Shown piece after piece: positions 1 through 9,436 of a stretch of 64,000 nt of DNA (the first letter of the stretch is position 1; each line of letters opens with the position of its first letter). The translations under genes and the position numbers were made by a program. The DNA is taken from the NCBI GenBank assembly GCA_047495785.1, contig JBLDXI010000020.1, positions 2,790,001 through 2,854,000 on the forward strand. Reading direction: 5' to 3'. Below the pieces are notes generated by a model. That model did not search any database and was not told where the DNA came from. It saw only the letters and a list, made by a program, of their open reading frames with translations. Source of the stretch: Lepidodermella squamata. Its lineage: Eukaryota; Animalia; Gastrotricha.

Positions 1-1362
1 CAGCACACCGGCCTCGAAATTTCTCAACTCCGCGATGTCAAAATTCAAAGCAGTTTCGAATCGTCCCTCCAATCCACATTGATACAACTCCTGCATGGTC
101 AATTCCTTAGTTAAGGTCGTGTCTTCAGTCATTGAGGGTAGCCATCGGTTCATAGATTGGAATAATTCCTGGTCCGTTGGATGGCGAGTTTTTGCAAAGT
201 GACTCATTATGTTTAAAATGTGTTCGATTGAAGAGTAATAAGCAACGCAAGTCCCGATGCCGATTAAATCGTCTGGTTTCTCTTGATATTCTTCGACATA
301 CATTCGTCTGCCGGCAAACCTATTAATAGACTTCTAGATTACATGGTGAATTAAATTGATGAAAGACAAACCAATAAAAACGGTTTTTCTTATCGATTCC
401 AACAAGTAAATGACGGAAAAATCCGCCTTGAGCCAAACTTGCGAACTTGTCGCCATTTGTTTTGAATCCAATGATATTATGCTTTTCACAGATTTCACAT
501 GTCCAAGGTTCCTCGCTTTCTGCGGGTTTCTAAGTTAATCAGTGAAAATTTTGGAATAATGCCAAGTATTTTGAATATTACCTGAGCGCAATCAGAGCAA
601 TACAACACTGAGCAAGATGAGCATGGAACGCTAGATGACTTCGAGCATTTCCGACATGTTTTTTCATTGCGATTCTTTTTTTTCGCTGTTTCATCTTTTT
701 GCTCTTCTGTTTCCAAGGCGATTTCTTGACGAATGACTTGCGTCTAGAAAAGTCAGATCTTGCGATTCCTTTCAAATATTCTGAATAGGTTAACTCACCA
801 AAAGCAACATTTCGACCAAGCATCGCAAAATGATCAGTCGTTGCTCTCCACTGATAAAAGGAAAGCCGGGAGTATTCGCAGCAGCTTGAGCTTCGATAAG
901 CAAATCGAAAAGCACAGGCTGTGCGTTTAAGTACACTTTGCAGACCTCGGGCCACGTGAAAGTGTCCAATGAATGAAACCAGAGCGCAAGAGACTCTCGC
1001 CCATCGATTGTTAAAGGTCTGCCACAGTAAGTGGTACTTGAAGAGACGTCATCTCTCCATAATAGGCGCAAAAATGAGACATAAATCTCGTTGAGTAAAG
1101 AAGAGCATTCCTGTGATGCCACTAAAGCTCCACATAGATCTTCAAATCTGAATGGAGTGAGACGTAATTGCTGATAAAATCGCTTGACGAATTCATGAAC
1201 TATAGCAGCGTTGAACGCAGCTTGTGGCGATAGAAAATGCAAGTCTGAACAACTTGGTGGCAACTGAAAGCGACGTTTCGGTTGCTGGACTGGGCTACTG
1301 AATGGAAGAACGTCAGTTTGAATAAGTATATCGTCATCGCTACTCGCAACTACATCGTCCAT
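1..1362 (-). CDS. BPTF: BPTF/NURF301-like chromatin remodelling subunit (DDT, PHD, WHIM motifs); runs off the left edge
   Basis: Exons 1362-799, 743-582, 529-372, 319-<1 join in frame over short GT-AG introns. DDT-like LRLTPFRFEDLCGAL...LDTFTWPEV; PHD CRKC..CSSC..YCSDC..WTCEIC; WHIM2-like VGIDKKNRFYW/FAGRRMYVE. The start could instead be 1491. Confidence 0.8.
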
Positions 1363-1769
1363 CCGAGGATATTCAGGCGGGTAACAAAACAATTTTAATA
1401 GCCTGAAATAAAAATTATTTGTTACCAATGGCTTTGTGCTTTGTGTAGCGGTAATATTATCAATTATCATGATGGAGTCAAGTACTTCCATCTCAAAAGT
1501 CTAAAGATGAAAGTGAATCTAAGTCCTTGACAGCAGAGACTTCAGGTAAAATAGCCATTGAAGAATTGAATGTTCCTATGAGAATTTTCGCGGTTGGTTG
1601 TTGATAGCTTCAGAAAAACGTGAAATATAAGGGATCCCCTATCAAGGACTTCAGTTCCCCCGCGGACCACCTGCCTGCCCTCATAACTAGGGAACCTCAG
1701 GATCCCTAGAAAGCAAATTAGATCATTGGGCAGAGGAAAGCCCTATTGTCAAAGGTAATTTGCCAATCC

Positions 1770-4700
1770 TCAGACAGTAGTTTGAATGGCTGTGCTAACT
1801 ATTTTCTCCAGACGTTTGAAGAAAATTAAGGTATTTTTTACAATTCTATTGTCAGCACTAAGCAGCCTTGCAGGGTCGTGGCCAGCAACAGATAAACAGT
1901 CGTAAGAAATATGGTAGGCTAACTGGCTCAGAGGAGTAACGTTACCACAGAACATACATGTAACATCATCAATTCTGAAAATAAAATGTTCGATACGGCG
2001 AAAGACGGTGTTCGTGACGACTCGCAGAGCAGTATTTCTAAGGTCAGGTGGATAATTTTCGAATATCTTACTAATGCCAAAGTAACCGTCCCTGGCTAAT
2101 AGGTAGCTGGCATTATATTTATTATGAAATTTGACAGATAGTTCAGAAACATAGCAGTCTTTGACTAGGTTGAAAAATTGCTCCATGACTGCCGGGTCAC
2201 GCATAAACCAGAAGTCGGGAGGCAGATTGTAGGATAATAGAAATTTACGAGTTGCGTGGATGGGATTTAAGACACCCATCTTCGGACGAGAATGGAAGTA
2301 AAAAGAAAAAGCATCATTCACTAAGGGGTTGGCACATTTCGTCAGCTCACATGTAAACTTGACTGCATTGAGTTTCGCCTTTAGGCTAGGGGGAATAAGT
2401 CCCATAACAAAACCAGTTGATAAACTAGACGCATTGTACGGAATGTCGCGCGCTCTTTTATAATACTTATAACAGACGCTGTCCAATTTAGCAACACGGC
2501 TAGGGGCGAAGAGGCCCCAGAGTTCGGAGCCTGCAAGCATCGCCGCTTCAATTTTGCTACAAAATAGTGTATCCAAGTTATTGCGTTCTATCATACTCAA
2601 TTTGATCCTATGAGAGGAAAGAGCGTTGTAACAGCTATTGCCACGTGTAAGCGCATTTTCAATAGCTTCAAACCAGCTCAAGTCGCTGGATATCGGTACG
2701 CCTAGGTAGAAATCAGATTTTACAACTTTGAGAGGTACGCCGTTCATATTAAAGGAGTAACGGTCAGGTGAAACAGGAGCTTGGGAAAAAATGATAACTT
2801 TCGTTTTACCGGGGTTAGGGCTGAGCCCTTCTCTAGTAGAATACGTCGACATAGCATCAATCTGTATTTGCAAATCCACCGCGTTAGTTGCAGTGGGTGT
2901 GGAGTCGTCCGCATATAATACGCAAAGTACCTTGGTAGAAAGTAACTTAGGAGTGTCTGATAGATTTTTGGCATTCTCAGCCAGATGAAGAGGCAAATCG
3001 GCGGTATACAGATTGTACATTAGGGGACCTAAGACGTCACCCTGTCTAACACCGCGTTCAATGGCGATGTCTGCAATAGACAGTTTGCTGCCAACTCGCA
3101 CTTTGGCTTTAGCGTCGGAATAGAGAGAGTTCAATCTCTTGGCAAAGGAAGATGAGATACCTAATCGCTGGCATTTCCATATAAGACGGTTGTGAGGAAC
3201 GCAGTCGAAAGCTTTAGTAAAGTCGATTAAACATATAAAGAGCATTCTACCGCGAACGTGGATTTGGTACGTCGCCAACGACTGAAGGACGAAAGCCGCG
3301 TGTAAGCGCGATAATCCTTTTTCGAAACCAAACTGCTCTTCAGGTATGATCGAGTGAATTCTACACCACTTTTCCAGTCTCAATTTCAGTATAGTAGAAT
3401 AAGTTTTGTATATTACGGATAAAAGAGATAATGGCCGGTAGTTGTCCGGCTTAGAGGAGTCACCTTTTTTGAACAAGGTGCAAAACAGAGACAAATTTAG
3501 TCCCGATGGCAGGGTGTAGCTAAGGAAACACGGTTCAAAAATTTTAAAGAGCGTCTTGCTGAAAAAAGAAACATTCAGGTCACTGTGTTGCATGAGTTCA
3601 GCTGTAATACCATCCGGGCCGGGCGCCTTACCTGCTTTTTGAAGTTCTATGGCCATTTTGACTTCGTCAATAGTCAAAGGAGCATCCAGTATTGGGTCTG
3701 ATGTTGTGAGTTCGAGTGGGGGTGAGACAACATTCCGATTTCGGTAGAGCTCCCCGAAAAATTCGACCCATTCGTGCATCTGCGGTTGATTTTGGGGAGA
3801 AAGAGGCGCTGTTTTGAAAGCCACCCAGAGAGAACGTTTAGTTTTATCGCTGTTGATTACTGATATTTCCTTGTTACGATTTAATATGCGGCGCATTTTG
3901 CGCGAGGCGTTAGCTTGTTTTCTGTATAAACAAAAATTCACATGATCCCCGACATCCGGGCGGGTCGAGTCGGCCTCGATAATTTTAGTATCATAAGGGA
4001 TGTGGCCTCTAGTGGCAAAATTACTGATAAGATCTAGCGTAGAGCGCAAAGCATCGTTAGGCATTTGAGGTAAGTTATCCGCAAATGAGTCGATGTCAGT
4101 ATTTAAAAGGTGATTATGGAACGCACCTGAATCGAAGTGCACCTTAGTATAAGACGTGGAAGCGCTAGTCTGCTTAAATGTGATCTCATCTGATTTCAAA
4201 TAGTATGCTATGGGAAAGTGGTCAGAGTTAATGATATCCTGGCGAACAGAAAAAGTTGAGAATTTGCTCGCCAGCAAATCTGGAGGAAGGAGACAGTAAT
4301 CGATCACGGATTGACCGTTGTGGCCAACAAAGGTGAATTCGCCTTGACGGTCGCCACTGCAGCGACCATTCGCGACATAACAGGACATATGATTACACAT
4401 AGAGAAAAAATGTTTGACCACGCTAGAGGTGGATACACTAGTGTCCTTGGATCTGCGAGGCGCTAGTGGGTAGAAAGCTTCGTCATCAGTTAAGGTTTCC
4501 GACTGATTGCCTATTCTTATGTTGAAGTCTCCGACTAACAAAGGAACGTCATAAGTCGATGAATAAGTGTCATGTAAACTAGTTATTTTTTCTAAAACTT
4601 GAATTTGACTGGTAGCCGAGTATGGTCGATTATAGACGATAAAGAGTCCCATGATGGTATTCACGCCACGTAACAATTTTGCCTGGACTCTAACTAGAAT

Positions 4701-4970
4701 TATCGATTCATTAGAGAAAAGTAAGGATGGTTTCAAGTCTTTACGAATAGCGACGGTCATGCCGCCACTAATACTTTTGGTATTGATGTCACGAACAGGA
4801 GGGGCGGAGAATATTGCGTAACCAGATATAGACTTTGGTTCCGTACCGAAGGTTTCGACCAAGGCAAAGATTAAGAATTGTTTCAGGGTTTTCATGTGGT
4901 TTTCAGCTTTAAGACCCGAATGAATGTTCCAAAACAAAATAGAAAAGTTCCAGTCACTAGTTTTCAGCAA
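1770..4970 (-). CDS. LINE ORF2: APE endonuclease + reverse transcriptase + C-terminal CCHC
   Basis: Endonuclease motifs SILFWNI, VGDFN, SVIDY, SDHFPI. RT motifs KAPGPDG, NYRPLSLL, QFGF, DFTKAFD, GVRQGD, YADD. C-terminal CMFC...HISYDC. The first ATG (4895) lies after the first endonuclease motif. Confidence 0.95.
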   Translation of the reverse strand: MLKTSDWNFSILFWNIHSGLKAENHMKTLKQFLIFALVETFGTEPKSISGYAIFSAPPVRDINTKSISGGMTVAIRKDLKPSLLFSNESIILVRVQAKLLRGVNTIMGLFIVYNRPYSATSQIQVLEKITSLHDTYSSTYDVPLLVGDFNIRIGNQSETLTDDEAFYPLAPRRSKDTSVSTSSVVKHFFSMCNHMSCYVANGRCSGDRQGEFTFVGHNGQSVIDYCLLPPDLLASKFSTFSVRQDIINSDHFPIAYYLKSDEITFKQTSASTSYTKVHFDSGAFHNHLLNTDIDSFADNLPQMPNDALRSTLDLISNFATRGHIPYDTKIIEADSTRPDVGDHVNFCLYRKQANASRKMRRILNRNKEISVINSDKTKRSLWVAFKTAPLSPQNQPQMHEWVEFFGELYRNRNVVSPPLELTTSDPILDAPLTIDEVKMAIELQKAGKAPGPDGITAELMQHSDLNVSFFSKTLFKIFEPCFLSYTLPSGLNLSLFCTLFKKGDSSKPDNYRPLSLLSVIYKTYSTILKLRLEKWCRIHSIIPEEQFGFEKGLSRLHAAFVLQSLATYQIHVRGRMLFICLIDFTKAFDCVPHNRLIWKCQRLGISSSFAKRLNSLYSDAKAKVRVGSKLSIADIAIERGVRQGDVLGPLMYNLYTADLPLHLAENAKNLSDTPKLLSTKVLCVLYADDSTPTATNAVDLQIQIDAMSTYSTREGLSPNPGKTKVIIFSQAPVSPDRYSFNMNGVPLKVVKSDFYLGVPISSDLSWFEAIENALTRGNSCYNALSSHRIKLSMIERNNLDTLFCSKIEAAMLAGSELWGLFAPSRVAKLDSVCYKYYKRARDIPYNASSLSTGFVMGLIPPSLKAKLNAVKFTCELTKCANPLVNDAFSFYFHSRPKMGVLNPIHATRKFLLSYNLPPDFWFMRDPAVMEQFFNLVKDCYVSELSVKFHNKYNASYLLARDGYFGISKIFENYPPDLRNTALRVVTNTVFRRIEHFIFRIDDVTCMFCGNVTPLSQLAYHISYDCLSVAGHDPARLLSADNRIVKNTLIFFKRLEKIVSTAIQTTV

Positions 4971-4973
4971 AAC

Positions 4974-6002
4974 CTATTGCGACATTTCATTACCTGGTGC
5001 CCGCCATGGGGGAACATGGTTCTCGGCCGGGCCCGTAGCAGGCACGATCAATCCTGTAACAAAGCAATATTGATAGTTACCAAGATTGGTGAACAGCCGG
5101 TTTGCCACAATGTCCGCGTACGTAAGTGCTGCATTGTGTTGCTCCATCAGAGATTTCTTCTTGGCTGCGAGGGCAGCACGAGTGGATCTCTCCATTGGTC
5201 CTTTGGAAGGGTAGACTTTGAGCCCACCCAATGCTAGCTTGGGGAAGGATGAGCGATCGAGTATTTTGCGCCGATTGTCGTCAGACAACTTGGTGTAACA
5301 CACAACTGTAGCTGTTGGGCGAGTTTGGCCTTGTCGCGGGGGGAGATGAATAACTTTTTCCACGACGTCCGATGTTAGAGCGTTTTTGATATCTTCGTCA
5401 ATCGCCAGGGCTTTCACCTGATCGATAAAGTCCGTAGGGGAGGTAGCGCCCAATCCAGACACAAATAGGCTGTCAACTTGTTGGTGATCTTCTTTTTCGC
5501 GTGTGATGGCCAGGCCGCAGAGTCTGTTGACAGCAGTTTTGAGCATGGCATTCTCTTGTGAGACCAGCTGTAACTCATTATTCATGTTTGCGAATTGCTT
5601 CGCATTCTCCGTCTTGAGCTCATTATAGCGGGCCTCAGATTGCTCCAGCTTGGCGTTCAATTTTTCAAATTCCGCGAGGAAAAGTTTAACAAGGGTTGAC
5701 AACGAGCTACTGAGGTTGGCTTGTAATTCTACAGCCCACTGTGGCGCATCAGAAGAGAGCGGTTTTTTCGTGTTTTTGCCACCGCCGCCACGATAGTCTA
5801 CATCGTTGGGGTTAACGGGGCTCAGCTCATCGATTGAGCGGGTGTTTTTATTGCGCATTAATGAATCCATAAATCGAGGCGTTGACGCCAATAGATACGG
5901 GTCTACGTTAGCATTGACTAAAGTTACTGGCAAGTTCTGCCTACTGCCATTAAGCAGGTTTTGAATAAAGCTTACATCAGCTAAATTCTTCGCTTCTCCC
6001 AT
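4974..6002 (-). CDS. LINE ORF1 (coiled-coil, putative nucleic-acid chaperone)
   Basis: 342-aa ORF directly upstream of, and in frame with, ORF2; heptad-like segment FEKLNAKLEQSEARYNELKTEN. Confidence 0.8.
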   Translation of the reverse strand: MGEAKNLADVSFIQNLLNGSRQNLPVTLVNANVDPYLLASTPRFMDSLMRNKNTRSIDELSPVNPNDVDYRGGGGKNTKKPLSSDAPQWAVELQANLSSSLSTLVKLFLAEFEKLNAKLEQSEARYNELKTENAKQFANMNNELQLVSQENAMLKTAVNRLCGLAITREKEDHQQVDSLFVSGLGATSPTDFIDQVKALAIDEDIKNALTSDVVEKVIHLPPRQGQTRPTATVVCYTKLSDDNRRKILDRSSFPKLALGGLKVYPSKGPMERSTRAALAAKKKSLMEQHNAALTYADIVANRLFTNLGNYQYCFVTGLIVPATGPAENHVPPWRAPGNEMSQ

Positions 6003-6572
6003 GTTTCAGAGGGGAAGAGTCAAATACGTAAAAATCAGAAAATAGTTACAGCACAGTGGCAGATTGCTTCTGGCTATCTTATCAACTGGAAACGTATATA
6101 TTTTATTTTTTTTTTTTATATATTCTTTTTAATAGTTTCCGATAACAATAGGCCAGCTGTTCAATCTATTAAAAGAACCAAAGTGCCAAGTGAAGTCGAA
6201 ACTTCTTCAAAATCAGCTTTGAAAAATCAAAAAGCTCTTCAAAAACTCAAGGCAAGTTGCAAAGCAGATCGAAGATCGCAGATCGCCCGAGACTCCATTC
6301 TACCGCGGACCACACGGACGAACGTGACGGCAACCAGATTTCCCGCACTTTAATTTTGAATAGACAGTTTTCAACTTAAAATTTGTAATTAAATCTAAAA
6401 TTAAATATAACGCAAAGCCAAATATATTTCACGTTTTCTTTTTTTAATGCGTCATTGGAGATCGTTAAGCAGGCCATGTGAGAGGATTTTTCGGCAGAGC
6501 CGGGCGTCTCAAGCTAGTGACTGGTTCGACGGAAACCTAAGCTGGTAAATATCAAACCTCAAGCTTGTCATC

Positions 6573-8898
6573 ATGGAATCGCGTGAACCTGTTAAAACAC
6601 CTGGAGGGACGAAGCTCCCAACAAATCTAGATGAATTCCTCAAAAATATGAATATGGTATGAGAGCCGGCGGCGATTATTTACCATATTGAATGTTCATT
6701 CATGTTCACAGCGTGACTGGCCAGCTCCTGTTGAGCCATCCGAATTCGATATCTCTATATCGCCAGATAAAGTGATCAATAGAAACTTGATTATTACGAA
6801 GCTGCTACAAGCTGCGCGTAAATATTTACAGAAATGATGTTAAAACTTTTTATTGAATATGTCCGTTCCTCAGCGTTGAGTTTGTCTTCTTTTGGTGCTA
6901 TCAGCAAAGAAATCGACACTTTCCAAAATAAGGTGGCTGATCTTGCCAGTCACTTTATCGTAGAGAAAGCTCTTGTACCAGTTGCCCAGCCTAAGAAAGG
7001 GTTTTATGCACCTCCTCAAAGTAACTAATTTTGAAACCTAAGCTATGTATCACTACAGTGCTTGATTTCCCCTCATAGCTTTCTTGACGGAGATAGCCCA
7101 ATCTGAAATCGTTCAGTCTCTAGCGGGGGCTGCTAGGGGTAGCCAGGTCGTCAAAGCTGGTCAAAGCGGAGAAGAGGCCACATTTATCGAGGAGCGATGC
7201 ACTAACGTGTTGAGAGCCAAGTTTCCTGGTTTGAGAGCTGGTATGAGTGGAACAGTTGACTTTTTAAGCCTGATTTAATTGCTAACTATGACTGCAGATG
7301 CGGCGACCGATCTCCCTAACTGGCTGGAACTGCCTGGAATTGTTGAAAAAGTCGCACTAACGGTTGATGTCCCAGCCAATTTGAGGGCCTTATGGCGACA
7401 GATATATTTGTCGCAAGCATCAATAGTCCTTATTCAAGATGGTTTCTGGTGGTTTTTCTTGGATTACTTCAAACAATCGGTAATTACTCATAACATGCAG
7501 TTTTTAGCTGGCTAATTTAAGTAAATGAATTTAATCTTAATAATAACTTATCCGAAATGCTTCAGACCGTTCGTAAGTGGCCTAAGTTAATCATGAAGGA
7601 AAGTTGTAGTATACTTATGTATTATTTAGCGTTGCTATAATGTAGTCAATTTCTGAATTTTTATTTTTATTGCATTCTGAATTTAATCGTAAACTGCACA
7701 TTAGTTAGTGGTTCCTGAACATTAATGTGAAATTTCCCTTTTTACAGGAAGAGGACGCTGTTGCGGCTAAAGACACAATTTTTGATAGAATGGCTGATAC
7801 CTACGTGACTCTTTTCTTTTCGATCGATCGAAGTGTCAGAGATCGCTTCTTCCAGGTAAATGGAAGTTAATATTTTCTATCGCAATAACCATCATTAAAT
7901 TTCAGGATTTCACAACGATTGTTACGCAATCAATATTTCTGTGTTTTGCCGACGGCTTTCCTGATTCGCAATACTTATACGATGAGAAATTCAAATCGTA
8001 CCTTGCAGATTGCGTCTCTTTATGGCTTTGTGGCGTTAAAGCTGTTCCGAATATTTTCAAAACATGGGCGGTTAATTCGATGTTGAAAGCCGACCAAATT
8101 GAAGCCGAGCGTAAACAGCGCCAGGCCAACATGGTCTTCGACCCATCAACCCTCGACGCTGCTATTGCCATGATGCCACCCATAAATTACAGCGGAAATT
8201 TAACAGGTCGCAAATCTGTCCGAGTCTCCGCCACACCATCTGTTGCAATGCAACAACAAACTCCGTTAGCAACTCGACTTTCTAACCCAACTCAAAGTAG
8301 AGCCTCGGCAGCGAATGCACCGAAGGCAAAACAAACAGAAGTGAAAGAGTCGCTACCGATCGGGCCTGGTGCTAAGATTGAGCGGGTTAAATTCCGCCTG
8401 ACTGGAAATTCGCAACTCATGGACCACCATATGCGGCAGCATGGAGTCCCGATCGTTCAAGGCCCGTTGGCAGTTCGAAGCCAAGAAGTAGCCGTCCCGC
8501 AAGTTACGACCCAAACTTACGCCGATTTGATAAAGGAATCGACGAGATCTATCAGGAAAATTGAAAGGCATCTAGAAGAGTGAGTTTTTTCGCCTTGATT
8601 ATCACATCTTCAGGATGTCCCGACATTTTCAAGGATGGAACGCCAGACTCTGGAAGACATTGCGAAGGCAAAGCGTGAGTATTTGGCTGAAGTGACTGAG
8701 AGACGTGAGCGGAGGATGGCGTTAAACGAGACGAGAGTTTCGGACGCAGCTCGCCAAGCCGCTTTGGAAGTTCGAGAAATGATGAAGGTAAAATTCCGGC
8801 GCGCGCAACACGACCAGGGCGTGAAGCGGGTTGATAGCAGCAACAGGCGCATGTCTATAATAAACGAACTGCCTTTGGATATCGATTCCATTAGCTAG
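6573..8898 (+). CDS. FAM227B: FAM227-family protein (FWWh domain), multi-exon
   Basis: Spliced fragments PTNLDEFLKNMNM/RDWP, SQASIVLIQDGFWWFFLDYFK, IFDRMADTYVTLFF..RDRFFQ, GFPDSQYLYDEKFK and GPGAKIERVKF resemble FAM227B. Not all exon borders were resolved. Confidence 0.75.
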
Positions 8899-9436
8899 TT
8901 GAGCGTTGCTTAATTTAGTTTTTAGTACCCACCCCACGCTCGCGTCCCATTCATTTCATTTGTTTGACGTGTTTTTTTCACGTGGCTTGTTTTTGTTTCA
9001 TCAAGCAAGCGATCAAGGTCAAAGACGACCAAAATTCTCGGCCTCCGGACGAAGAAGAACTGGCTGCTACACTTGGGCTTTGACGTGATAAATCAGTTTT
9101 TTGACGTGAAAATAGACAAAATAATGGCTTGCTGTGATATTTTTGGACCCTGCAAAATAAAATACTCAATCATTTTTGTATATGATGAAAGCAATCTTTA
9201 TTTTTCTATCAAAACAGGTGATGTGCTCGTTGAAATTTTATCTTGTTTCCAGAACGAGAAAAATTCATTTGACTCATCGAGGTGTGATTGAAAAGGAAGA
9301 CATAATATTGCTAGCAATTTATAATTAAAAGGCTAAATAAATTATTATTTCTAATAGTTGCTGAGGTAAGAGAATAGATTTTTCTCGTAAAATTCGGCAC
9401 AGATCGATTTTTTTGTTCATTATATTATTATTTTAT

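Larger units (their letters stand above)
1671..6302 (-). mobile_element. Full-length two-ORF non-LTR retrotransposon (LINE, RTE-X-like)
   Basis: Uninterrupted ORF1 and ORF2. An 11-bp direct repeat CCGCGGACCAC at 1660-1670 and 6303-6313 is a candidate TSD. The ends are inferred from that repeat, and the clade from motif style. Confidence 0.85.

Noticed and set aside
1630-1770. Self-cleaving ribozyme at the LINE 3' end
   Set aside because: A hairpin (CTAGGGA..TCCCTAG) is present, but no hammerhead or HDV core could be identified by eye.
6100-6120. T-run as the LINE poly(A) tail
   Set aside because: It lies on the 5' side of the minus-strand element.
6325-6350. RFX X-box / E2F-like motifs upstream of FAM227
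   Set aside because: Only a half-site and a short match; not distinguishable from chance.
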